A DNA stretch of 64,000 nt from Batkoa obscura (lineage: Eukaryota), in NCBI GenBank assembly GCA_030770535.1, contig JASVEC010000012.1, positions 992,001 to 1,056,000 of the forward strand, in the 5' to 3' direction. Below are positions 1 through 14,909 of the stretch, piece by piece. The notes beneath the pieces are model-generated. The model was given only the letters and a program-made list of their open reading frames with translations, did not search any database and had not been told where the DNA came from. The position numbers and the translations under genes were made by a program. Position 1 is the stretch's first letter; every line of letters begins with the position of its first letter.

Positions 1-3000
1 TATTTAATATTTTTTTGTTTAATATTCTTATTTAATATTATATATCTTATATTCAAAATACTTATAATTCTAATAAATTAATTTCAAATTTACGAATAAT
101 TGAAGTTTTGTCACAATTTAAAACCATTTAATTTAAGCTAAAACTTACATAAAGTAAAATAAGTCATTAAAACGAAAGCTACTTTTTTGATTTAATTCAT
201 TTCATTTAATATAAAAATAAAATGGGAGTACAAGGCTTATGGAGTATAATAAACTCGGAAGGAGAAATAGTTGAACTAGAAAGTTTAAATCAAAAGATAT
301 TAGCCATTGATGCCAGTATTTGGGTACATCAATTTTTAAAAGGAATCAAAGATGATAGAGGGGAAGTTATAGAAAAAGGAAGGCGCATAAAGATAAAATC
401 GGGTTTAGTTTACAATCAACAGCTGAAAAGATTTTGATGGCCAAGTTACAAAGTACTGTATTGGATACTATAAAGTAGTTTTAGAGTAATACTGTTAACA
501 ACATTTATATTTATTTGGTTATAGAAATAAACATGACGAAAGTGATGAGTTTAAAAGATTGAATTCATCAGATAGTTTTAATCGTAGTAAAAGAAATAGG
601 GATGAGTTTGAACTACCGAGTTTAGAAAATGGATTAGAGTAACTAACTCAACACTAATATAACAACAATATTTATTGTTTATAGAAAAAATATGAAATAT
701 GAAGATCCACGATACGATTTTGATGCAGAGTTGATAGAATATTTGAAAGAATATAAAGTAAGAATCATAATATCATAAAACTTATTTTATTTAATATAAG
801 TAGCCAGATATGAGCTATTCGAATATCGATAATATTGATGAATTACCAGAACAAATAAAGTATGAGTTAATAAGTGAGCTGAGGTTAAGAAGTAGACAAA
901 CGTCACTTAAAAGGATGAATTATATGAAAAGAAACGCACCGAAAGCAATTGATTTTTCTCAATTACAAATACAGAATCTAGTGAATAGGAATGCATTAAC
1001 TCAAAAATACCTCGATGTTGTTGGGATCGGGGATGAACGTCACTTACCAAATGTTAAAACTGCTAGGGTGGCTGCTGAAAAAGGTAAAGCTTTTAGTTTA
1101 CTTAAGCAAGAAAATGGCGGTTGGTCAATATCAAGCGAAACAAATGCTCCTACTATTAAATCGGAACCATCAAAACAACCAAAACAATCGAAACCAGTTG
1201 ATAAAAAGGACATTATCGATGCTGCTAGTTTCAATACTAGTTTTGATACTAGCTTTAACTTTTTCGATGATATCGAAGAAATAGAAGACGAAGCGGATTA
1301 CATTGAAGATAATATGGACTTTAAAGATATCTCAAATGAAAACTTAAATACATCAAATTTATCAAAGTTTGTTTATTCAGTCATATAGCTATTTGTTTTT
1401 AATATATAATTTCTTAGTGAATTAAATAACCATACGAATAAAATATTAGAATCAAGTGAAGACGATGTTGAAGACGATGTTGAAGACGATTTCGAAGAGT
1501 AATAATAAATAAATTTAGTTTGATTATTAATTTAGTAATAAAATAGAATAACAGTAGATGATACGACTAACGACAATAGAGGAGAGAATGAAAAAGGGGA
1601 AGTAAAAGAATTAGAAAAATGGCAAAAGTACTTAAATGATGGTATTGATGAAGATATCAAAAATAGTAAACAATTTCATTATGAAGCAATTAATAAATGG
1701 GATTTAGATAAATTACAAAAAAAAATTGAACACTATAAAGAATTACAAAAAGAGTTATTAAATCCTAAGTTCGATCAATTTGTTATTTATGAAGAGTTTT
1801 TAGATACTGTTATTAAATTAAAGAAAAGTCAACTCCAATATAAAAAACTTCAAAGCTTATCAGAAAATAAAATTAAAATATATGATATAAATGAAGATGA
1901 CTCGTTTGAGAGTATTTCTGAGATATCATTTGATGAAATCAGTAGGCCCTCTGAGAATGATGTTAAAGGTAGTTGAAATTTTATTAGGTCATTAAAAAAC
2001 TAATGAAAATTATTATAGAGCTTAAACACGATAATATTATAGACTTAGTAAAAGAGGAAGGACCAAGTATACAAGTGGATTCGGTAATCGATTTAACAGA
2101 TGAGCAAAACAATAGAAGCAGAAGTGAGTTAGTATCAAAAAATGAAAATAATATAAATGAAAGTGAAGTTCTTATTAAAAGTGAAGATAATTCTATTGAC
2201 CCTTTTAAGAATGATCTCAAAAACGAAATCAGTAGTGTAGTTAAAAGTAATAAAGGAGCAACAATAATAGATAAAACCAAGATTGATGTTACAACTACGA
2301 AATTAGAAAATCAACCTATGGTTCATAGTAATGAGACGAAGCCTCAAGAAGATACACAAAAGTTGTTAGATATAAAACTAAAATCAAACAAACACGCATT
2401 AAGTCAAGATGTTAAGGATGACTATATAACTCAAAATGAAACTTTGAATGAACCCGAATTACAAAAGGAGAATATTGGAGAACAAAATGATAAAGTTGAT
2501 ACATTCAAGGATAATAATAATAAAAAGTTAGAAGCTGAAGCTATAAATAATGGTACAATTGGTATTATACTTGATAAAGACGATACCTCTAAGGATAAAA
2601 ATGTATTATTAGAAGCCAAAAATAAAAATAAAAATGAAACCCCACTTGATAAATATCAAAATAAAGAACAAATAAATGAAATAAATGAAGAATTTATCAA
2701 GCAAATAAAAGAAAAAGGGGTAGAAAAGATACAAGATAAAATAGAGAAAGAAATTAAAGAGATGAGTAAAAATCAGTATAAAACACAAAATTATAATCAT
2801 GATCCAACATTAAATACATTTGAAGAAATTAAAGTAAGCTTATTTATTTTAATTATACACTGTTTTATAACCGTTTTTTTAGCAACTATTAACGTTATTT
2901 GGCATCCCATATATTGAAGCGCCCAGTGAAGCAGAAGCACAATGTGCAGAATTGTCTAAATTAGGTTTAGTAGATGGTATAGTAACTGAGGATTCGGACG

Positions 3001-3792
3001 TATTTTTATTTGGTGGAACACCGGTTTACAAAAATATGTTTAATAATACTAATAGTTTATTAAGATATGATTTAAACAAAATTGAAAAGGATATTAATCT
3101 AAATCGAGATGATTTTATTCAATTAGCTTATTTGTTAGGATCAGATTATACTATTGGTCTAGATAAAATTGGTCCTGTTACAGCAGTTGAAATATTATCT
3201 CAGTTTGGGAATTTAAATAATTTTTTCACGTGGTGGAATGATAATAAGTTCAAGGTGAAGCTTGAAGATAACGAATGTGCTTTTTTAAAGAAATTAGTAA
3301 TTGTTTGTATTGGGTTATTAAATTATCCTTTTATTGACAATTTTTTAGTTTAAATTAGTTAAACGTATTCATATCAACGAAAATTTCTTAGATCCTTTGG
3401 TGGCTGATGCTTACCTTAATCCATCAGTTGATCACTCAAAAACGGGTTTTCAATGGGGAACACCGGATTTGGAAGGGTTAAAAATGTATTTTTATTATAC
3501 TTTTATTATGTTTTTATTATTTAATATACGATAATTAAAAACTTTTAGATTTTTAAGCCAAACAATAAATTGGAATAATGAAAAAACTGAACAAGTTATA
3601 GCACCGGTTATTGAACATCAAGTAATTTATAAGCATATTTAAATATAAAATTTAATCTGTTTATTAGAAAAAGTTAGAAAAGGCAAAGGCTACCAAGATT
3701 ACAGATTATTTTAAAGTTGTAGGTAAGAGTATTAGCGACTCAAAAGGTGAAATAAAGCCTAAAGTTAAATCTCAAAGACTTAAAAGTGCGTT
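1..3792. repeat. Left arm of inverted duplication matching 40788-44735 (may extend left of the window)
   Basis: Position 1 matches the reverse complement at 44735; ORF translations of the two arms are almost identical; identity ends after ..AAAAGTGCGTT. Confidence 0.95.
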
Positions 3793-3844
3793 AGAAAACT
3801 CTAAAAAATCAATCTATTTGAACAAAAACGACGATTTTTATTAG
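222..3844 (+). pseudogene. RAD2: RAD2/XPG endonuclease copy 1, disabled by a 157-bp deletion in the N-domain (frameshift, stop at 435-437)
   Basis: MGVQGLW..LAIDASIW N-domain start; EAPSEAEAQCA..DSDVFLFGG and LLGSDYT..GPVTAVEIL I-domain/H3TH; TKITDYF PIP-like motif; SQRL. Lacks the HIIGFLKRICKL..VFDG segment present in the copy at 40745-44514. Confidence 0.85.
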
Positions 3845-4196
3845 CTAAGGCTATCTTTTACATTATTATTTTCAAAGTATAAACAAACTAATTTACTAAA
3901 ATTTAAAGAGCTATAAAAATGCTATTTTTGTTATTAAAAAAACTAAAATTATACAAATATCAAAACAAAGCTACAGTTTAAGCCCATTATTATACGGTTT
4001 TTAATATTTATTAAAGATTAAATCACTTGCTATTAGATATACTTGAAAATTAGTTTATTTTGGTTGATGATTTCAAAAAAAATTGACTTTTAAATATAAT
4101 AATTTTTATATTAAAAAAACTTAATTTAAATATATTTAAAAGTTGTTAAAACTTTTTATCAACCCAAGTAAGGAAAAAAAGTTAACTTACAACTCA

Positions 4197-4267
4197 TGCG
4201 TACACTGGGAATCGAACCCAGGCCACTTCTTTGGAAGAGAAGTATTCTACCTCTATACTATGTACGC
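4197..4267 (-). tRNA. tRNA-Gly (anticodon TCC)
   Basis: Reverse complement GCGTACATAGTATAGAGGTAGAATACTTCT-CTTCCAA-AGAAGTGGCCTGGGTTCGATTCCCAGTGTACGCA; paired acceptor, anticodon and T stems. Confidence 0.95.
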
Positions 4268-4879
4268 TTAGCTTGTTAAGTTCCAATAAAAAAAAATTAT
4301 GAATTTTAATTATAATTAAAATTATTATGACCTGTAAATTTATACTTAAATTGACCAAAAATAAAAATGATACTAAAAAATAAGTTTTATAGTTGTTAAA
4401 TATTTGATTTATCGAATTAATGACAATTTGATTATATTACAATCAATAAATAGGATGAACAGGTTCAGGATTTACAAGAATAATGGTTAGTTCAATGCAT
4501 CTTTGTAGTTTATTTTAAGGATTTGAAACTTTACTTAAGTTACTTTAAATTCAACATCTTAAAATCATTAATAACTCTATTTATCCATACTTTATTAATA
4601 GTAAATAAATCTTATTTCAAATAGTTTTTACTTAATAGCATAAAAATTAACGCAGTATTAGAAACATTATAAATAGATACTATTATTTTACTATTATTAA
4701 TATTATCTCCCGCAAATAAAAAAAAGCGATATAATTGTTTAATTCCGATCATTCTAGCATTCATTGGCTCAATTTAAAACTCAAACCTCAAGCTTCAAAC
4801 TATACTTGAATTGATATTCAGAACAAAATTATTAATAATTTATTTATTTATTTTCATTTAAAAAAGGTGTCAATTTTCA

Positions 4880-6739
4880 ATGACTTTAACTCCAGCTAAA
4901 AAATTAACTCATCGTTGTGATTCATGCCATTTTCGTAGTAAAAAGTGTGATCGTAAGTTACCTATTTGTACCCAATGTTCTTTAGAAGGCTATAAATGTA
5001 CTTTACAAAGAGGGGTTAAAAATAATAAGAGATTGTTTGAGATTGAAGATAAAATTAGTTGCTTTAAATTAAAAGGGAAGAAATCAAGTCTCAATGTCAA
5101 TGGAAGTTATAATAGGAACAATAATAATAATAATAGTAACTGGAGGAATGGAAATAGTAGTAAAACAAATAGTGAAGATGAAGGTCAATATGTCATTAAG
5201 CATAATGTATTGGACAATAAGATTGATAAGATTTATTATAAATTATTTGATAATGAAACAAAATTAATGATGGAATTTTCTAATAAAAATTTATTAGAAA
5301 ACATCTTATTATTTTTACAATATCCCATGCTAAATGCTTCGAATCCCGGATTTCGATTTTTAATGATGACATTGATCACTGTTCGAAATTTACAAAGTAA
5401 AAATCCATTGAAGTTTAATAGTTTAAAAAAAGAAGGAGACCAAAAAGAAATTAAAGAGATTATTGAGTTAGCTATTAAACAATTTTTTAAAAATGAATAT
5501 TTATTAGGATCCATGTTTATCACTAAGGACTTTGATATTAACAAGTTAAACACTTATACAAAGATTGGGATTATTACATGTGGATTAAAGCATTTATCAA
5601 GGACAGAAATAGTAGTTAATTTATTAAATTACTTTGAAGAAAAATTATATAAATTTATCCAACCTTTATCTCAATTAAAAGTAACATTTGATAATTTAAG
5701 AACAATAGCCATTATCTTATTTGGTTTAAGAAACTTTCAATGGGTAATTAAATATAATAACCGATTACTATATTATTTATCAATTAATCTTCGATTATTG
5801 GGATTAAATAAGAATATACGAGATAAAAATAATCGAGAACGATATTTGTTTTTTAATACATTAGTGTTTAATATGAGTTATTTATATACTCTTATTTCTT
5901 TTCCTTATCATTATATACCCAATTATGAATATACATTTAATTATAAAAAACAAATTAATTATTATTTAAAAGAATATCCAATAATAATTCAAAAGAATGA
6001 AATTAATCAAATAATTATAATCTACTATCATGTATTTAATTATTATATAGGTAGTTTAGCATTAACAATAATTCAATTAAATCAAATCAAAAATCAAATT
6101 AGTCATTATTTAACTAATTTTAATCAACAATTAAATAATATAAATAATATATTAATAAATTTAAAATATAATAATTTCTATTATATTTCAATTGTTAATC
6201 AATTAATAGAAAATAATAATAATTATTGTCAATGTAATAATACTAATAATTCAATTGTTAAAGAATATACAACATTATTAATGAATTTTAAAACTCATAT
6301 TTTATTATTCCATCATTATTATCATTTTTTTATATTATCTTTTAAATTATATCATAATAATGATACCCTTAACCTTACTATACCCACAACAGATATCGAT
6401 ATATTATTACCTATTTTACTTATACCTGAAGATTATTTAGACAGTTATCTCTCTATATTAATTTATAAAGCAATGACAGTAATTGAATTAGTTAAATCTA
6501 CCCCATTAACTCAATGTAATCATATGCATATTGCTGTCTTATCACAATGTTCTATTTTTTTAATAAGAAATCAATATGATAAAAAATTCAATATTAAAAT
6601 TCAACAAAGTTTAAAGAATAGTTTAAGTATATTAAATATATTAAATCAAACTCCATATAATATACCTCATGCTGGTATTAACCTTTTTTTATTAAATTGT
6701 GCATTGGAAGAAAATAACCAAAATCAATTGACCAATTAA
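4880..6739 (+). CDS. Zn(II)2Cys6 binuclear cluster transcription factor
   Basis: N-terminal CDSCHFRSKKCDRKLPICTQCSLEGYKC; 619-aa uninterrupted ORF. Confidence 0.85.
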   Translation: MTLTPAKKLTHRCDSCHFRSKKCDRKLPICTQCSLEGYKCTLQRGVKNNKRLFEIEDKISCFKLKGKKSSLNVNGSYNRNNNNNNSNWRNGNSSKTNSEDEGQYVIKHNVLDNKIDKIYYKLFDNETKLMMEFSNKNLLENILLFLQYPMLNASNPGFRFLMMTLITVRNLQSKNPLKFNSLKKEGDQKEIKEIIELAIKQFFKNEYLLGSMFITKDFDINKLNTYTKIGIITCGLKHLSRTEIVVNLLNYFEEKLYKFIQPLSQLKVTFDNLRTIAIILFGLRNFQWVIKYNNRLLYYLSINLRLLGLNKNIRDKNNRERYLFFNTLVFNMSYLYTLISFPYHYIPNYEYTFNYKKQINYYLKEYPIIIQKNEINQIIIIYYHVFNYYIGSLALTIIQLNQIKNQISHYLTNFNQQLNNINNILINLKYNNFYYISIVNQLIENNNNYCQCNNTNNSIVKEYTTLLMNFKTHILLFHHYYHFFILSFKLYHNNDTLNLTIPTTDIDILLPILLIPEDYLDSYLSILIYKAMTVIELVKSTPLTQCNHMHIAVLSQCSIFLIRNQYDKKFNIKIQQSLKNSLSILNILNQTPYNIPHAGINLFLLNCALEENNQNQLTN

Positions 6740-6808
6740 AATCGAAAGATTATTAAACTAATAAAAGTTGAATGATTTGTGATTTATTTTTTATTTTTTT
6801 AAAAATTG

Positions 6809-8185
6809 ATGGACTTATATTATTTAGAAGCTTATAAATTAATTCAATTAAAGTATTATCATTTAAGTATAATACCTTTAATTACATCAATAATACAAAA
6901 ATCAACTAATAGTCTCTCATTTACTTTAAATTTATTATTAAAATTATGGAATTATTTAAAGTTTAATAAAGAAGATTTAATTGATATATTTGAGTCCAAT
7001 GAAGTAAAAGAAGTTATTAAATTAATTAAGAAAAAGGATTTGAATATTATAATTACCAGAGATAATACTCTAGAACCTGAATTATTTAATGAATATCAAA
7101 AATTAGAATTACAAATTAATACTTTATTAAAGATTATTACTACATCTTTTTATCAACCTATAAAATTAATTCAACGTCCACAATTACGTCAAAAAACAAA
7201 TCATTATCAACAAGAATTAATTTCCAATTCTACTACTTTAAATCAAATTCCTAAATGTAAAATTGAATATCATCAAAATAAAGGTAATAGTGTGACTTCC
7301 ACTACTATCATCCCATGTAATTCGACAATATTTACTGAATTAGAACCCATTGTATATCGTATTGAAAGTTCATATAAACGTAACCATTGTACATTTTGTT
7401 GTTTAAAAATAAAAAATAATAATAAAAAATATTGTAAAAATCAATGTAAAGGTATAATTTATTGTAATGAGGGATGTCAACAAAAAGATTACAAGTTAAG
7501 ACATAGGGAGTTGTGTAAGTTAAAATTAGATTATTTTAAATTAACTGGGTTTAATGAATTGATTATTACAATTTGGTCACAATGGTATAGTAAGAAAAAG
7601 AAAGATGAAGCTTTGTTATACTATAATAAGTTACCTTATCTTTATAGTAGTAGTGATGTATTTGATTTAATTAATACGGAATTGGAATTAAAGCAACAAA
7701 ATGTAAGATATATTGATATATTAAGAGAATATTTGCAATTAGATTCGAGATTACAAAAAGAGATTTTATTTAATGATTATATTCAATTATATTGTTTATT
7801 AAAATGTAATATAATTAACTTAAATAATAATCAAATTAATGAATTTGGGGATGCTTTATATTTTCTAGCTTCTATGGTTAATCATTCTTGTAATTCTAAT
7901 GCTAAATTTATTATTAATGGAAAATCAGTGAGTATTGTTAGTAGAGATAAAGAAATCCAAATTGAAAATGAAATTTCAATTTCTTATTTTCCAATTCATT
8001 TATTACCTTATCATTTAAGAAAACAATATTTTATTCAAACTTATAATTTTTATTGTGAATGTGAGAGGTGTAAGGAAGAAGAAAAAAAGAGAAAAGAAGG
8101 TATATTAGTTGAAGGGGATAATAATAATAATAATAATAATAATAATATACCTACTTATTTCGATTTATCAACTTTATTTGATTGA
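6809..8185 (+). CDS. SET and MYND domain (SMYD-like) lysine methyltransferase
   Basis: MYND CTFC..CKNQCKGIIYCNEGCQ..H..LC; SET motifs LASMVNHSC and EISISY; post-SET FYCECERC. Confidence 0.85.
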   Translation: MDLYYLEAYKLIQLKYYHLSIIPLITSIIQKSTNSLSFTLNLLLKLWNYLKFNKEDLIDIFESNEVKEVIKLIKKKDLNIIITRDNTLEPELFNEYQKLELQINTLLKIITTSFYQPIKLIQRPQLRQKTNHYQQELISNSTTLNQIPKCKIEYHQNKGNSVTSTTIIPCNSTIFTELEPIVYRIESSYKRNHCTFCCLKIKNNNKKYCKNQCKGIIYCNEGCQQKDYKLRHRELCKLKLDYFKLTGFNELIITIWSQWYSKKKKDEALLYYNKLPYLYSSSDVFDLINTELELKQQNVRYIDILREYLQLDSRLQKEILFNDYIQLYCLLKCNIINLNNNQINEFGDALYFLASMVNHSCNSNAKFIINGKSVSIVSRDKEIQIENEISISYFPIHLLPYHLRKQYFIQTYNFYCECERCKEEEKKRKEGILVEGDNNNNNNNNNIPTYFDLSTLFD

Positions 8186-8293
8186 AAACAATAACCTAAT
8201 AGAAGTATAAAATAAAATAAAATAATTGTAGTTCTACTTTTGTATTTTTATATTTTTATATTCTTATTTGTATACAAATATACTTTATTTTAA

Positions 8294-11392
<3,099 letters not shown>

Positions 11393-11587
11393 TTTATTAT
11401 AATTATAATTGGATGAAGAAAGAAAGAAAAGAAAAGAAAAGAAAAGAAAAGAAAAAGAAGAAAAAGGAAGAAAAAGATTTTCAAAAAAGATTTTTGAACT
11501 CTAGATTTTAAATTGATTTAAATTGTTTATTGATCTTTTTTTAATATCAAAAAAACAAATTATTATTAATTTCAATTTCAAATACAA

Positions 11588-14500
11588 ATGCAAAACAATG
11601 TTCGAAAATATAATCAGCTTTCTTATCAAAGAGAATATGGTGGTACTTATATGGACCCTAATGAAAACACTTTATCTTCCAGACCATTACTCTCAATTAA
11701 TGATGACGTGGATCCGATAATAATGACCAAAATGGAAGTAAATTTCAAGTAAATGTATAAATAAAATTAAAGTAATTAATAATAGAGTTGTTCATTGATT
11801 GGTAAAGAGATAGTTAAAAAAGACCTATCTTTATTAAAAAATGAGAATAATACTATTTATTCTTATTATAATGTATTTTTGAATAATGAAAATTCAAAGA
11901 ATAAAATGGAATTGAATTTAACAATAGAACCTTTTAAGTTAAAAGTAAGTTGATGTTTTCTTATTATTGTTATAAGTTTTATATTGTTAAATTTTAAAAA
12001 TAAAAGGCACCAATAACTTTAGATTTACTATTAAAATGTACTGTATGTGGCTCTTATCCACATAATAAAAGCCAATTATCAAATGATATTACTTTATGGT
12101 CATGTTGTTTATGCGGTAACTCAAATCAAAGTAAATATTTTATTTTATTTAAGTTAAAAAAAAGTAGAGATATATTTATAAATTAAACTATTTATTTTTT
12201 TATACTTAGTACCACCTTCTTTTCAATCCCAATTTCAACAAGATTTTCCAAAGATTCAAAGCAATTCAACTATTGATTATATTATTTCTAATAAAGTAAG
12301 GATAAAAGACACAAATTAATGATAAGTTTTAATTAAATTATTTTAAAGGATGAACGAAAACTTAATGAAATACCAAATATACTATTTATAATTGATATCT
12401 CTTTTAATTCAATAAAAAATGGTAAATTTAATAAAATATTATTAATTTGTTTCTATTTAATAACTTAATTTTTAACTTAGGAACTTTATCCTCAGTGATA
12501 ATTATATTACTTGAATTAATTCAATTAATACCTAATAATTTAAATTTAGGTTTTATTACCTTTGATAGTCATTTGCAATTTTATCAATTTAAAGTAAGTT
12601 ATTTAAATATTCTTTCTACCTTTAATCAATTCAATTTAATACTTTTTATTATTATAGAAAAATCAAATGTATCAAATGTTAGTTTTATCTAATTTAGAAG
12701 AAGAACCTTATCTTCCATTACCAATATCAGAGTTATGTGTAAATGGTAGAGAGTATTTCAATGAGATAACAAGATTCTTAATGGATTTAGAATTATTATT
12801 TGAAAATAATAATGATTTTCAATCGTGTGCTGGAGATACATTATTTTTATTAACGGAATTGGAAGTAAATTTTGTATTTGATTATAAAATTGATTACTAA
12901 TTGATATATTTTTATACTTTATAATTCGATAGCATTACTTTTTTGGTTCAATTTATTTATTTTTATCTTGTATGCCAAATAAAGGCAAAGGTACTTTGAT
13001 TACTAAAGGGGGAACAAGTCTCTTAGGCACAGATAATGTAAGTTTATTTTTATCAATTATAAAATTGAATAAGAGTGATAATAAATGGAATTTATTTTTA
13101 TATAGGAATATAAATTATTAGTAGAAGAAAACATGTATTATAAAGATATTAGTTTAAAATTAAGTGAAATGTCCATCTCAACAAATCTATTTATTTTAGG
13201 AAATGAAGATTTTGATTTACAAAGTTTAGGTAAGTAACTATTATTATTGATTTTATATATATTAATTTAATTTTAAATTAGTTGTGTTGTCAAAAATAAC
13301 AAATGGAGAATTATATTATTATCCTAATTATATAATGAAAGATTTTAATGAAAACTGTTATCAACAGTTTTATGTCGATTTATTAACTTGTTTTAAAAAC
13401 CAAATAGGTTATGCTGCTAGTTTACAAGTGAATTTACCAACGGGTAAGTAATTATAATTGATCTTTCAAAATATTAGTTATTTTATTTATTTAATATTAT
13501 TGTTATAATTAGGTTTACAAGGACATGAATTTCTTGGCAAATTGTTTATGAAATCTATTAATTCATGTAATTTAAACACAATTCATCAAAATCAATTAAT
13601 TCAATATCAATTTCAAATTAATGATACTATTTATATTATTAAAGATGAAGAAAATTCTCAAGAACTAATTTGTTTTCAAGCTAATTTAACATATTTAGAT
13701 TTAGAAGGTAAGTTATTTTTAGAAAATATAAGTTATAGTTAAAGTTTATTAATAATAATATTTTATTGTTTTTTTTAGGCAATTTAATATGTAAAGTTAT
13801 GAATTTAAATATGAAAATGACTAATGTAATAGAGGAATTCATTATGTCGATTAATCCATTAAGATATATTCAACTATTAGCATTTAAAGCAAGTAGTAAT
13901 TTGATTCATCAAAAATTCAAAACAACTCGAGATACAATGATTAATCAAGTTAAAAATATATTAAAACTTTATTATCAACAAATTAATATTCAAAATGATT
14001 TTCATTTATTGGAAGAATTCACTGTACCAAGTAATTTAATTACAATGCCTTATTTAATTCATTGTTTATGTAAAGTAGTAAGTATTTTTTTGTTGAAATT
14101 TATAGATGAAATTTATATATTATTTCATTTTTTATATAATAGCCTTGTTTTACTATTGGATCTCATACGACTGCTAATGAACGAAGTTGGTTGAATTTGA
14201 AATTAATTAGTTTTGATAGTATTCAATTAATGAATTTTATTATTCCGAATATTTTTCAATTTCAATTTCAAAATGAACAAGTTCAATTGATCTCAATCAT
14301 GCCTTCAAGTATGAATATTGTAACTAATAAGATATTAATGATGATAAATTTTAATTGCGTTTATTTTTGGATTGGAGAAAATTGTTTAAAAGAAGAATTA
14401 AATTATTTATTTGGATTAAATGAATATTATAAGATTGGAAATATACAGGTGAATTTTTGATTTAATATTGTAATAAATTATTATTAATTATTTCGTTTTT

Positions 14501-14740
14501 AACTAGCATTGGAATGAAATGATTAATTTAAAAGAAGTTATAAAGAGACAACTGGAGATAAAAGAATTTCCCAGTTTTAATATTATAATTGAAACAAAAG
14601 TTACTAATTTTAATAATCAACAATTAAAAGTCAAATTTTTAAATCAATTACATGAAGATCGAAATATTAATGGTAATTCTTATCAACAATTTTTATTAGC
14701 TTTAGTGCAAAGTTTGAAACTGGAGTTAAATATTAATTAA
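11588..14740 (+). CDS. SEC24: Divergent Sec24-family COPII coat subunit (many exons)
   Basis: Zn finger CTVC..WSCCLC; trunk motifs LYLIDISFNSIKNG, LGFITFDSHLQFY, QMLVLSNLEEEPYLPLP; CFQANLTY; C-terminal EDR..SYQQFL. Confidence 0.75.
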
Positions 14741-14909
14741 ATATGATAATAAATGTTGAATTTATTTTATCTTTATTTTAATTTATTATATTTTAAATTA
14801 TAAAATGATAATAAAATAAATAAATATATAATTTATAAAGTTTAATAAAAATAAAAATAAAAATAAAAATAAAAATATTTATTATTATAACAAATATAAA
14901 AATAGTCAC

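Noticed and set aside
1458..1499. 12-bp GAAGACGATGTT tandem repeat, plus other short repeats such as (TAGAAATTA)n near 46995-47030
   Set aside because: Ordinary slippage repeats in low-complexity sequence.
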